DNA of 64,000 bases from Eledone cirrhosa (GCA_964016885.1 OZ024749.1:40114001-40178000), one strand, 5' to 3'; positions 16,723 through 30,920 are shown, counted from the first letter of the stretch. The notes: a model not told the origin generated them from the sequence alone. Numbers and translations are program-made.

Positions 16723-16994
16723 CATATGATATATATATATATTTATATATACTTATATATACTTACATATACTTGTATATATATATATAGAGAGAGAGAT
16801 GGAAATACACACACACATATATATATGTATATATTTGTGTGGGTGGGGGGGATGTTTGTGTGTGTGTGTGTGTGTATCTATGTATGTATTTGCCAATATA
16901 TATATGTGTATGATAATGTGTGTGTCAGATCTACTTTCATTTCTAAGTCAGTTAAAATGGTGTTGTCTTTAGAAATAATTAAACAGCCTAACCC

Positions 16995-17460
16995 CACTAC
17001 CACCACGACCACCACCACCACCACCACCACTACAACCTCCACCACATATCCGCCACTACCACCATCACCACCACCATCACCATCACCACCACCATCACCA
17101 CCACCACCACCACCACTACAACCTCCACCACATATCCGCCACTACCACCACCACCACCACCACCACCGCTACCACCTCCACCACATCTCCGCCATTACCA
17201 CTACCACCACATCTTCGCCACTACCACCACAACCACCACCACCACAACCCACCACCACTACCACCACCACCACTTCACCACCACCACCACCACCACCATC
17301 GCTACCACCTCCACCACATCTCCGCTATTACCACCACCACCACCACCACTACCACCTCCGCCACTACCAACACCACCACCACCACCACAACCCACCACCA
17401 CTACCACCACCACCACCACCACTTCACCACCACCACCACCACCACCACCACCATCATCAT
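16995..17460. repeat. (CCA)n-based degenerate repeat
   Basis: Visible. Confidence 0.9.
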
Positions 17461-17746
17461 CCTCTCCCCCTCCCGCTTCTCTTTCATGTCTCCATTCAAT
17501 AACAATACAATTTCTTTCAAAAATTGATAATAGAAGCCAAACCTGAAAATGTGTCTGAAATCTTCTTTCTCTAACTATCTCTCGCTCCATTAATACATGT
17601 GTGTTTGTGTGCAGATATATTCTCTACATGTATGTGCCTCAGCAACTCGGCTGGATCGCAAATATATATATATGTATAGATATTTATTTGTTTATACATA
17701 CATACATACATACATACATACATACATACATACATACATACATACA

Positions 17747-17782
<36 letters not shown>

Positions 17783-17785
17783 TAT

Positions 17786-18280
<495 letters not shown>

Positions 18281-18281
18281 G

Positions 18282-18313
<32 letters not shown>

Positions 18314-18319
18314 CAAATG

Positions 18320-18390
<71 letters not shown>

Positions 18391-18484
18391 TTGTATATAT
18401 ATATATATATATATATGTGTGCATGTATATATGTGTGCATGTATATATATATATATATATATATATACATTTGTATATATATAT

Positions 18485-18837
18485 ATTGCAAGGCCAATGC
18501 TCTAACCGTTCGGTTAGAGCATTGGCCTTGCAATCGAAACGTTGTGAGTTCAATTCTCAGACCGAGTGATTTGTTGTTTCCTTGAGCAAGACACTTTATT
18601 TCACATTGCTCCAGTTTACTCAGCTGTAGAAATGAGATGATAGGGACTGGGGTCCATATCATTCCACTGCAAAGTGGTTGTGCAGGTGCCACGGCAAAAA
18701 ATCACCCACCACTCACTGTAAATGAGGTTGGTGTTAGGAAGGGCATCCAGCTGTAGAAATCAAGCCAGAATCAGTTCCCGTCCCACTCTTGCAAGCAGGG
18801 AAAAAGCGGACGTAAACTGAAATAATGATGATGATGA

Positions 18838-18840
<3 letters not shown>
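18485..18840 (+). mobile_element. Second tRNA-SINE family, with conserved-core-like middle, (TGA)n tail and 5' fold-back
   Basis: B box GAGTTCAATTC; core tccttgagcaagacactttatttcacattgctccagt; tail ggacgtaaa...tgatgatga; perfect 24-bp 5' inverted repeat. Confidence 0.75.
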
Positions 18841-18886
<46 letters not shown>

Positions 18887-18998
18887 TAAACGGAATAGAA
18901 AATGCTGACAAATTGTTCACAGTGAAAAATAGTTTAATTAGGAATAAGTGATAATTAGTAATAGTATTGGTTAGTTATTAAGTTTTGGTTTTAGGTTT

Positions 18999-19029
18999 TA
19001 CCGGTTGCGCATTTCTAAATGCTTTTCAA
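18999..19029 (-). ncRNA. Degenerate U3-A8 HHR
   Basis: UUGAAAA-GCAUUUAGAAAUGC-GCAA-CCGG-UA; GAAA mutated to GCAA. Confidence 0.55.
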
Positions 19030-19146
19030 AAATAATTTTGAGATAGAGCGTCCGTGATGTTTGCTCTGATACATGACATACCCTGAGATCTTAAATGGTT
19101 AAATCTTAACCATTTAACATCTCAGGGTATGTCATATATCATTATA

Positions 19147-19198
19147 TTTTGTCTGATGAGGACGTACTGTTGTACATCCGAAATATGTATAATAAAAT
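19147..19198 (+). ncRNA. Type I hammerhead ribozyme
   Basis: CUGAUGA-GGACGUAC ugUU GUACAUCC-GAAA-UAUG-UA; stem II 7/8 paired; weak stems I and III. Confidence 0.7.
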
Positions 19199-19232
19199 GT
19201 AATTGATCAAAAGAACATCTATTTTATTAATA

Positions 19233-19280
<48 letters not shown>

Positions 19281-19425
19281 AATGTGTGTGTATATTTATA
19301 TATATATGTATATATACAAATGTGTGTGTATATATATATATATACATTTGTACATTATACATATATATATATATATGGATTTGTATATGTGTGTATATAT
19401 ATATATATGTATAGATATTTATTTA

Positions 19426-19479
<54 letters not shown>

Positions 19480-19508
19480 CATACACATGTATATATATAT
19501 ATATATAT

Positions 19509-19594
19509 AGTAAAAAATTGAACGGGAACAAAACAGAGAGGCAGTACGAACAAAGGTTTATTAGTTTCACGCTCTTGAGAGTGGGGTGGTGATA
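19509..19594 (-). mobile_element. (TA)n-embedded remnant carrying an HHR 3' half
   Basis: Reverse complement actctcaagagcgtGAAACTAATA then a tail; no CUGANGA. Confidence 0.4.
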
Positions 19595-19623
19595 CATATA
19601 TATTTATGTACAAATGTGTATAA

Positions 19624-19734
<111 letters not shown>

Positions 19735-19735
19735 A

Positions 19736-19793
<58 letters not shown>

Positions 19794-19804
19794 ATATATA
19801 CAAA

Positions 19805-19836
<32 letters not shown>

Positions 19837-19946
19837 AGTTGTAATAAAATGAAAACGAAATTTCATTTCTCACTCTTAGTACGGCACTTACTTAAATGTA
19901 AGTATGTATACGTACATACATATATGTATACAGACGTACAGTAGCA

Positions 19947-20032
<86 letters not shown>

Positions 20033-20179
20033 CAGGTACACATACATGTACGTATCAGTTTAGCGGACGCTTATTATAGCGCCCGCTTTGTTCGTTTGTA
20101 AACAAACTGAACAGCCTGAATTTATGCCGTACGGTGTTAAGGCAACCACGTCACCTTTTTGTTCAACACTGACACAGGA

Positions 20180-20222
20180 ACGATGTACTAGTTTCAAGCT
20201 TGTTAGCTATCATCAGCATCGT
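20180..20222 (-). ncRNA. Type I hammerhead ribozyme (family E, unit 1)
   Basis: ACGAUG-CUGAUGA-UAGCU aaca AGCUU-GAAA-CUAG-UA-CAUCGU: 6-bp stem I, palindromic ACUAGU stem III, GUA site. Confidence 0.88.
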
Positions 20223-20454
20223 ATACCCTTCTGCCAGATGGTTGAACGTTCGAAAGTATATACTTTCCTTATGAAAATTAACGGCTGAGCAGCCTAATTT
20301 GCATATCGAGTGAGTCCGGCCAGGCGTACCGAGAACGACAAGTTGTAATAAAATGAAAACGAAATTTCATTTCTCACTCTTAGTACGGCACTTACTTAAA
20401 TGTAAGTATGTATGTATACGTACATACATATATGTATACAGACGTACAGTAGCA

Positions 20455-20516
<62 letters not shown>

Positions 20517-20667
20517 CAGGTACACATACATATATGTACGTATCAGTTTAGCGGACGCTTATTATAGCGCCCGCTTTGTTCGTTTGTAAACAAACTGAAC
20601 AGCCTGAATTTATGCCGTACGGTGTTAAGGCAACCACGTCACCTTTTTGTTCAACACTGACACAGGA

Positions 20668-20710
20668 ACGATGTACTAGTTTCAAGCTTGTTAGCTATCC
20701 TCAGCATCGT
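20668..20710 (-). ncRNA. Type I hammerhead ribozyme (family E, unit 2)
   Basis: Identical to unit 1 except at the variable N7 position (CUGAGGA). Confidence 0.88.
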
Positions 20711-20889
20711 ATACCCTTCTGCCAGATGGTTGAACGTTCGAAAGTATATACTTTCCTTATGAAAATTAACGGCTGAGCAGCCTAATTTAGGCATAAATTC
20801 AGGCTGTTCAGTTTGTTTACAAACGAACAAAGCGGGCGCTATAATAAGCGTCCGCTAAACTGATACGTACATATATGTATGTGTACCTG

Positions 20890-20949
<60 letters not shown>

Positions 20950-21599
20950 TGCTACTGTACGTCTGTATACATATATGTATGTACGTATACATACATACTT
21001 ACATTTATATATATATATATATACATTTGTACATTATACATATATATATATATGTGAGCAGTTGTATATGTGTGTATATATATATGTGTGTGTAGAGAGA
21101 GAGAGAGAGGGGGGGAATAGAGAGGCAGAGATTAAATTCATCAAAACCCTTTGATTCATGTGATTAATTTATTGGAGGGGGGGGGGTTATTTTATAGATT
21201 ATTCTTTTTTTTCTCATATTTTCTATTTTTGTTGTTCTTTGTTCTATTTGTTTTTACTTTTTATTATTTATTTATCATAAAGTACCAGTAATGCCCTGGG
21301 TAGAAACAATTATTTATTTATCATAAATAAAATTTTAAAAAATAAATAAATAAAGAAAGAAACCATTGTTTATTTATCATAAATATCTATTTGTCTAATT
21401 TATTTTAATTTATTGTTAATATCCTTTTTTCGCTCCTCATTCTTGTTGTTGTTGTTGTTGTTGTTGAAGTGCTTAGGGTATGTGTGTGTCTATGTCTATA
21501 TGCATATATGTGTGTGTGTGTGTGTTTGTGTGAGAGAGTGAGGGTGTGTGTCTGTCTGTTTGTTTGAGAATCTTGTGTTTCTATAGTTATGCATAAATA

Positions 21600-21604
21600 C
21601 ATAC

Positions 21605-21666
<62 letters not shown>

Positions 21667-21769
21667 ACATACATGCATACATACATGCTTACATACATAT
21701 ATACATACCTACATACATACCTACATACATACATACATACATACATACATACATACATACATACATACA

Positions 21770-21801
<32 letters not shown>

Positions 21802-22422
21802 CCTACATACATACATACATACATACATACATACGTACATACATACATGCACATACAAACATATACCTACATACATACATGCACATACATACATACCTAC
21901 CTACCTACATACATACATACATACATACATGCACATACATACATACATACATACATACATACATACATACATACATTCATACATATATACATACATACAT
22001 ACATACGTACATACATACATGCACATACAAACATATACCTACATACATACGTACATACATACATGCACATACATACATACATACATACATACATACATAC
22101 ATACATACATACATACATACATTCATACATATATACATACATACATACATACGTACATACATACATGCACATACAAACATATACCTACATACATACGTAC
22201 ATACATACATGCACATACATACATACATACATACATACATACATACATACATACATACATACGTACGTACGTACGTACATACATTCATACGTACGTACAT
22301 ATATACATACATACATACGTACATACATACATGTACATACATACATGTACATACATACATACATACATACATACTTGCAGGCAGGTAGTTATGTAATTTT
22401 GGCATGTATGTTTGTATTTATG

Positions 22423-22456
<34 letters not shown>

Positions 22457-22515
22457 TGTATGTGTGTGTGTGCATGTATGTGTGTATGTATGTATGTGTG
22501 TATGTGTGTATGTAA
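21600..22515. repeat. (TACA)n / (TATG)n tetranucleotide array with higher-order variants
   Basis: Visible. Confidence 0.95.
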
Positions 22516-23063
22516 GTATTCAGACAACACTCACATAAAATGTGTGTGTGTGTGTATGTGTGTGTATGTTTGTGTATAAGTGTGTGTGTATATCTGTGTG
22601 TGTGTGTGTGTGTGTGTTTGTGTACAGGAATCTTCTTTTAGGTTTACCGACATGCGCACTCTGATTTAATTTATATGTATGTGCATGTCTGCACGTGTGC
22701 GTGTATATTTATGTGTGTGTCTGCACATGTGCATGTGAATGTATGTGTGTGCGCATGTGTAAGTGTATGTGTGTGAGTTGCATGCAGATTTAGAGCGGGT
22801 TATCAAGGTGCATAGCGTGCACTGCTGCATTTATTGTTTCCTGCTGCACTTAATACGTGAACCTTTCTCGAACATTATTTTTTACCTTGTCAAACACAGA
22901 CCTGGAAACAGAACAACTTTAAGCCTGGATACAACCAGACACACACACACATATATACATACACACACATACACACATACACACACACACGCACGCACAC
23001 ACGCACACACGCGCACACACACACACACACACACACGCACACACACACACACACGCACGCACG

Positions 23064-23100
<37 letters not shown>

Positions 23101-23171
23101 GCACGCACGCACGCACACACACACACACACACACACACGCGCACACACGCACACACACACACACACACACA

Positions 23172-23243
<72 letters not shown>

Positions 23244-23246
<3 letters not shown>

Positions 23247-23354
23247 CGTGTTCCCCAAAAATGTATACATACTGTGATTACCTGTACAGAGAATATTTAT
23301 TAGAATATTTATTAGAATTCTGAAGTCTGTATACATTTTTGGGGGGACATCCTG
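23244..23354. mobile_element. Tc1/mariner MITE
   Basis: TA-flanked TIRs cagcgtgttccccaaaaatgtataca / tgtatacatttttggggggacatcctg. Confidence 0.75.
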
Positions 23355-23387
23355 TATATAAATATATATATATATATATTTATATAT

Positions 23388-23432
<45 letters not shown>

Positions 23433-23470
23433 CAAGCAGACATGTATTTGTGTGTGTGAATTTATATACA

Positions 23471-23524
<54 letters not shown>

Positions 23525-23624
23525 AATTAAAATACTAGAGTGTGTTGGAGTTAAACACCCTCTTCATATTATAGAAATGACAGTATAAGATATAGCTCAA
23601 TGTAATTAAACAGAGCCTAAGAAT

Positions 23625-23667
<43 letters not shown>

Positions 23668-23767
23668 GCAGATTTGTTTGTATTGCGTGAGTCCACTGGA
23701 GAAGCGAGCGCCAATCTGTGTGACTTAGGAAAATACGTACATGTTTCGTTTCCTTGCTCCATTATTG

Positions 23768-23955
23768 TGGTGGATTGGCAGTATCGGTAGAGGGTAGGAC
23801 GCCAAGCTTTCCAGCATAGTTACGTCCCTTTACGAGCTGAGTTCAAATCCCGCCGAGGTTGACTTTGCCTTTCATCTTTACGGGGTCGATAAAATAAAGT
23901 ACCAGTAATGCACTGGGTAATTGCTGGCATTGTGCCTAATGTAGAAACAATTATT
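23768..23955 (+). mobile_element. tRNA-derived SINE
   Basis: Full copy with A box TGGCAGTATCGG and B box GAGTTCAAATCC. Confidence 0.9.
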
Positions 23956-23999
23956 GTATTAAAGGCATTCTAGCTAAAATAGGTCTGCAGTGCTTTGTA

Positions 24000-24545
24000 G
24001 TTCTGTATTAGGTGTTGGGTGTCTTCTGCTCTGGCGAAGCTGAACATTGATAGTGAAGCAACAAGGTTCAAACTTTACAAGACCCCCGGTGACTTCGATC
24101 CTTCTCTATTGATACGAAAATTGTACTCTTACAGCCGACATAGAAGTTAAAATCCAGGCATTCGGGTGCAAGTATTTCAGAAAGCTGCTACTTATCCCGT
24201 ACACTGAACACCGAAGAAACTATTTCGTTAGAAAGCAAGTTAACAAATATGCTGGCAAGCAGGAACCATTCTTTGCAACAGTGAAAAGACAGAAGAGCCG
24301 CTGGTACGGTCATGCATCCCACCTCGATTCCCTATCGAAAACCATTCTCTGGGTCACAGCTGAAGGAAAGCGAAGAAGTGGGTGACAAAGAAGTTTGGTC
24401 AGACATCATCAAGGACTGGACAGGTCACAAAACTGCGATCCGGCCCGTCTGTGTATGACGAACGCTAGAGAGCAATGGCGTCTATTAACTAGCACAATTT
24501 CGAGTTTACCACCACAACGACAGGCGACACAAGGTGACTGGGTCA
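24000..24545 (+). mobile_element. RTE-clade LINE 3' fragment (pseudogenised)
   Basis: Translation SILLY*YENCTLTADIEVKIQAFGCKYFRKLLLIPYTEH...VKRQKSRWYGHA...EGKRRSG...REQWR. Confidence 0.88.
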
Positions 24546-25087
24546 TAGTAAAGGGTTGTTTGGGTTATATATTTACCTACATCTGTTTTGATCGTTGATT
24601 GACGAGGTACATACTATTATGCGAGATTGTTCCTCTTTACCAATCATCACTAGCGTCATCATAACCAACAACTACAAAACAGCCATTTCCATTACCATCA
24701 CCACCACCATTACCACCACCATCACCACATCCCTACCGCCGCCATTACGACTAACACACACAAACACCAGGAACCAACATCAACTACAATGCCACAACCA
24801 CCACCACCAATAATACCTTCCAATACTACTACTTCCAATACCATCATAATCACCACCACCATCACTACCACATACCAACATTAGACTACCACCAACAACA
24901 ATACCACAACCACCACTACAACACTACATCAAAATCAACACAAAATTACACCTACCCGGTGTAAATAATAAATGGACCAGAAGCAGAAGTTTGAAAATAA
25001 ACCTTGCCATGTAGAAAACTAGATAAGCTCGCGAGAACAGGTATAATACGGTAAAGTGTGACTGGGCAGATAGAATGAAATAGTAGG

Positions 25088-25153
<66 letters not shown>

Positions 25154-25186
25154 TATATAGATAGATAGTATATAGATAATAGATAT

Positions 25187-25585
25187 ATTTCTTTATTAGC
25201 CACAGGGGCACAAAAGAAGGGGACAAATACAAAGGGGGAAGTTTACATACAATAAAAACGTGTAAAATGTTATCACAAACGGAATTTAAAAAATTAGTCG
25301 ATTTTCCCCAATAGAGGAGGGAGACAGTTTATATGGGTAACACATACCCCCGAAAAAAATGTGCAACCCTCATCTCCAGGAGTACGAAGAGTTTGTACTC
25401 CTTTCCTCTCCTCCTCCTCCTTTTCCTCAACCTACAGGCTGATATAGAGAGAAGGCCCATTCACTCGGGCCATTCTCGCCACTTTCACCCACCTTTCATA
25501 AAACTTGCTGGGGTACAGCACCTCTCTCTCCATCCTGATTCTTCTTCCAAAGTGGTATTTGAAAAAAGAATCAGTTGTTGGCCGA
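25187..25585 (-). mobile_element. L1/Tx1-like LINE 3' end inserted in (GATA)n
   Basis: ORF end FFKYHFGRRIRMEREVL...FYERWVKVARM*, 3' UTR ending gtggctaataaagaaat; (GATA)n on both sides. Confidence 0.65.
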
Positions 25586-25657
<72 letters not shown>

Positions 25658-25878
25658 CGACAGCAACAACTACAGCAGTGACTCGTGTCGTTACAACTAC
25701 CAATAACTGTAGTAGCAACAGCAACGACAGCAGCAGTAACAACATCACAAGCAAGAACAACAAACAACTCTACTACCAATAACAGTAAACGCAGCCACAA
25801 CTACTACAACTACAACAACAAAAACCGAAACACGAAAAAACGAAAGCCTGATAAGAAGAGAGATAGATAGGGTGAAGA

Positions 25879-25982
<104 letters not shown>

Positions 25983-26537
25983 GTACAGACAGATAGTGAC
26001 AAAGAGGGGAAAAGTAAGACAGAGAAAAACATAAGCAGTGAGAGAGACAGCGGGTGGGAGTGAGTGAAAGTGTGAGAGGGAGAAAGAGAGGCAAAGAAAG
26101 GGAGTGAAAAAGGGCAAAAGAGCAAGTCAGAGACAGAGAAAGTGAGAGAGAAAGAGCACGAAATGTTTGTTAAAAAAATATGGCGTAGATATTTTTCCAT
26201 ATCAATCGTAAAGCAAAGCTGGGTTATGCAAGCGACAAAATCCAGCGAAGCGTTATATATGTAATAAAGCAGACAGCAAATCTAATCCAATTATATGGAA
26301 TGGAAAAACAACCATCGGCGCCGGCCACAGAATATAGAATGGAGTTAAACAAATACGTTCTGCTCTTTGAAGGTCGAGGTCCACCATTTTGTAGTGTTAT
26401 GGTAGCAAATATATATAAACGGACGACGTATTTTGTATTAGAAGTTTCTGCGATATATTGACATTTGTTTTGAAGCGAGAAAAATACCCGATGGATGTGG
26501 ATATGGAAATGGATATACGTATATATATATAATATAA

Positions 26538-26579
<42 letters not shown>

Positions 26580-26699
26580 GTCTTTGTGTGTCTGCGTGTG
26601 TGTGTGTTTGTTTGTGTTTATGTATGTATCTATCTATTAATATATAGAGAGAGCGAGATAGATAGATAGTTTATATTTATATTTATATATATATAAACA

Positions 26700-26832
<133 letters not shown>

Positions 26833-27270
26833 TTTATTTTGTGTTTGTGTGTGTGATGTTAGTCTGTGTCTGTGTCTGTTTACGATTTGAAGATACGTTA
26901 GAGTGTGTTGGTAGTTAAACGTGTTACTTGTTGTGTAGATAAAAGACTGTGCGAAACATTTGCCCGCAAAATGTGGACTTTGATCACTGCACCGGTGAAA
27001 AAAATCAACAGGTCTAGACGTAACAAATGGAAATTATGAAAGAAGAACAAATGAGCATGCGCATTTAGAACAGATTTGTATACGCCATTGTTCTGTTAAC
27101 ATCCAAACTGACTTTATTTCCGTGTTCTCCATATTCTTCATGCTTCGTTTGGTTCGTTCGGGTTTCTTCTAGTCTGTTCTTTGTCTGACAGATTATTTCA
27201 TTCGTTGCAGTTTTGTTGGAATCTACTTGTGTATACGGCTGTGAATATATATATATATGTGTGTGGGTGG

Positions 27271-27389
<119 letters not shown>

Positions 27390-27421
27390 TATTTGTTTGT
27401 GTGTGTCTATACCTGTGAGTT

Positions 27422-27472
<51 letters not shown>

Positions 27473-27505
27473 AAAGAAAACATATGAGAGAGTGTGTGTT
27501 TTATA

Positions 27506-27580
27506 CAGGGTGTCCCAAAAAATGTATACACACTTCAACAGCATTCAAATAAATATGTGTATACACTTTTTGGGACGCCA

Positions 27581-27582
<2 letters not shown>
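27506..27582. mobile_element. Tc1/mariner MITE, same TIR family as 23244
   Basis: ta-cagggtgtcccaaaaaatgtatacac ... gtgtatacactttttgggacgccatg. Confidence 0.75.
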
Positions 27583-27611
<29 letters not shown>

Positions 27612-27766
27612 TCATAGACATATAGACATATATACCTTTCCATATATATGTGTGCATATATATACAATATATATGTATATATATATATAAATATCCATAC
27701 ACATATAAACATATATACCTTTCCATATATATGTGTGCATGTAAGTGTGTATATATATATATATAT

Positions 27767-27862
<96 letters not shown>

Positions 27863-28089
27863 TGTGTGTGTGTTCGATACAAATTTTGTTTATATTCTTT
27901 ATTGGTGAGTAGTTTCCAGGGTGAATTTTGTTTCAGCCCTAACTGAATCAATTTCTTAGCTAAATATATATTATTCTCCTAGGGAGGACGTTGGTGACGC
28001 AATACGAAGTTGAACGGGCTCAGAATTGATGAACCAGTCCACATTTTCCGTCAATAGGTGTACTTTACCCGATTTTCTCAACTATTAAT

Positions 28090-28276
28090 TATAATTGTTT
28101 CTACTTTTGGCACTAGAGCAGCAATTATCCCAGTGTATTACTGGTACTTTATTTTATCGACCACGTAAGGATGAAAGGCAACGTTAACCTCGGCGGGATT
28201 TGAACTCAGACCATAAAGGGCCGTAACTCTTTGCTGCAAAGCATGGCGTCCGACTCTCTACTGATACTGCCAATCA
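28090..28276 (-). mobile_element. tRNA-derived SINE with an ~18-bp target-site duplication
   Basis: tcaactattaattataat at 28078-28095 and 28274-28291. Confidence 0.9.
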
Positions 28277-28360
28277 ACTATTAATTATAATGATCGACTA
28301 CTATTATGGTCATTTGCGCTTGGAGGACTACATTTCAAATCTATATATACGCCTGTAATA

Positions 28361-28676
28361 ATATGTGTGATATTGGGAAATATTTCCCAATATCACACAT
28401 CAATCTAAAACTACTTTTCATATGTTGATTAAAAACTGCACTATCAACAAGTGTTTTTTTAGCCTTCATATCATCTTCTCCTGTTTTATCTGATGAAAAC
28501 ACAAATATTATTGCTTGATGATGTTTGTTTTTGAAATGCGCATAATAAAATATATGGAACTCCTTTAACCATCTTTTGATCTTATATTATGCATACTCCA
28601 GTCCCACAAACTGTAGAGTGCTTCTTATCCGATATCTGCATTGCTTTATTGTACTACAATAAAACTCACCTCCTAC

Positions 28677-28678
<2 letters not shown>
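28361..28678 (+). mobile_element. Family C PLE-like element with a short 5' fold-back
   Basis: atgtgtgatattgggaaa/tttcccaatatcacacat hairpin, HHR, tail to (TA)n. Confidence 0.85.
28484..28550 (+). ncRNA. Type I hammerhead ribozyme (family C)
   Basis: UUUUAU-CUGAUGA-stem II-GAAA-UGCGCA-UA-AUAAAA. Confidence 0.85.
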
Positions 28679-28733
<55 letters not shown>

Positions 28734-29049
28734 TCGCATGTACATACATTCGTACTTATATGAATATAAATAGACGTTCATACTCACACACGTTTACGTA
28801 CATACGTACATACATACATACATACATGCATACATACATACATACATACATACATACATACATACATACATACACACATACATACATACACACATACATA
28901 CATATATACACACGTTTATATATACCCTGGTTCAAAGTAAAAACATGTGTAAATGATATATACACGGATGATAACATAACACAAATAAAAATGGAGTTCA
29001 ACAGCTTTCTTTGGATGTTTACGAAAGTGTATATATTTTTATATACACT

Positions 29050-29058
29050 TATTATTAT

Positions 29059-29097
<39 letters not shown>

Positions 29098-29178
29098 CGT
29101 TGTTGTTGATATCGCCATCATCATCATCATCATCATCATCGTCGTCATTATCGCTATCATTAACATCATCAACGTCGC

Positions 29179-29210
<32 letters not shown>

Positions 29211-29570
29211 CCATCACCATCATCATTATTATTAATGACGGTGGTGGTGGTGGTGGTGGCGGCTGTGGTTGTGGTGGTGGCGGCGGCGGCGGCTGTGGTG
29301 GTAGTGGTGGTGGTGGTGGTCGTCGTGGTGGTGGTGGTGGTGGTGGTGGTGGCGGCGGTTGTGGTGGTGATGGTGGTGGTGGTCGTCGTCGTCGTCGTAG
29401 TGGTGGTGGTAGTGTCGTCGTCGTAGTGGTGGTGATGGTGGTGGTGGTGGTCATCGTCGTCGTAGTGGTGGTGGTGGTGGTGGTAGTGGTGATGGTGGTG
29501 GTGGTGGTGGTCATCGTTGTCGTAGTGGTGGTGGTGGTGGTGGTGGTGGTGGTGGTGGTGGTGGTGGTGA
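29050..29570. repeat. Compound (TTG)n/(CAT)n/(GGT)n microsatellite
   Basis: Visible. Confidence 0.95.
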
Positions 29571-29769
29571 TGCTGAGGAGCTGTGGGTCTCTCACGGACA
29601 GGCACTGACCCCCCCACAAAACACCTGGGCCTCTCGGTTTTCTGAGCTAGAAGTACGAACCCTGTAAACCGAGGCCGAATTATTAGAAGCCGAACGACGC
29701 GGGTGACATTGTAATATCGAGGAGACGAGACTAGGGATTATATAAACAACTGAAATGTTATAATCCACC

Positions 29770-29830
29770 TACTTACATCTTTGTATCTCACGTTTGGGCC
29801 CCCCATGGTTCTTCAAATCGATTGTAAGGA
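29770..29830 (+). mobile_element. Possible degenerate DDE integrase fragment (Ginger/KRBA2-like)
   Basis: YLTFGPPMVLQID resembles the FGxPxxLQSDNG integrase motif; short match only. Confidence 0.3.
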
Positions 29831-30199
29831 CCTGGTAGAAAGGTTGAAAAAAAAAGCTGGGGGGAATAATGTTCTGATTGCAAAGATGAGGGTCGGGAAA
29901 TTATATCGAACACTAAAATATGATAGAGCGTTGATGAAAGGGCCAAGAGAAAGGGCCAAGAGTTTACATCCAGCTAGCGAACTACTCACTACAGGATATG
30001 GAAGTCCTTAACGTTCACCCCCCCCCCCCCCCCAACCCCTTCAAAATCGTTGGGATGCCTTGATATTCTACATACAGGGTGGCTACCCACCCTTTTTTCG
30101 GCTGGGTGAGTTGACTTTATTTGTATTAGCACTGTGTACTGAATTTTTAACCTGACTTAATATTGTATTACGTCGTGTCTACCACACCCAACGTTTCTC

Positions 30200-30282
<83 letters not shown>

Positions 30283-30318
30283 TATATAATATACACATAT
30301 ATATATATATTCATATAG

Positions 30319-30378
<60 letters not shown>

Positions 30379-30403
30379 CTATATGAATATATATATATAT
30401 GTG

Positions 30404-30497
<94 letters not shown>

Positions 30498-30522
30498 CTA
30501 TATGAATATATATATATATGTG

Positions 30523-30595
<73 letters not shown>

Positions 30596-30629
30596 TATAT
30601 AATATACACATATATATATATATTCATAT

Positions 30630-30683
<54 letters not shown>

Positions 30684-30706
30684 CACATATATATATATAT
30701 TCATAT

Positions 30707-30744
<38 letters not shown>

Positions 30745-30889
30745 CACATATATATATATATTCATATAGATATAGATATATATATATATACAACCCCACA
30801 TATTTTGTAAACCCCCCCCCCCTTTTTTTAATGACACGTCTAGTATTGAATGTATGGACCCTTTTCGCCAATAAAGAAAGCATTATTTT

Positions 30890-30920
30890 CATCGTCACCA
30901 TCATCACCGTCACCATTAAT

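Larger units (their letters stand above)
18884..19236. mobile_element. Composite PLE-like element with two different, divergently oriented HHRs
   Basis: 36-bp inverted repeat at 19067-19141 joins a minus-strand family-B-like arm to a plus-strand CUGAUGA arm; (TA)n flanks. Confidence 0.65.
19836..21007 (-). mobile_element. Family E: tandem retrozyme-like/PLE-like element (about 1.9 monomers + inverted partial copy)
   Basis: Near-identical units start at 19836 and 20340; inverted copy 20790-21007; one HHR per unit; no ORF of note. Confidence 0.85.

Noticed and set aside
23768-23860. tRNA gene
   Set aside because: A/B boxes belong to a SINE head with an extended spacer and SINE body; no cloverleaf.
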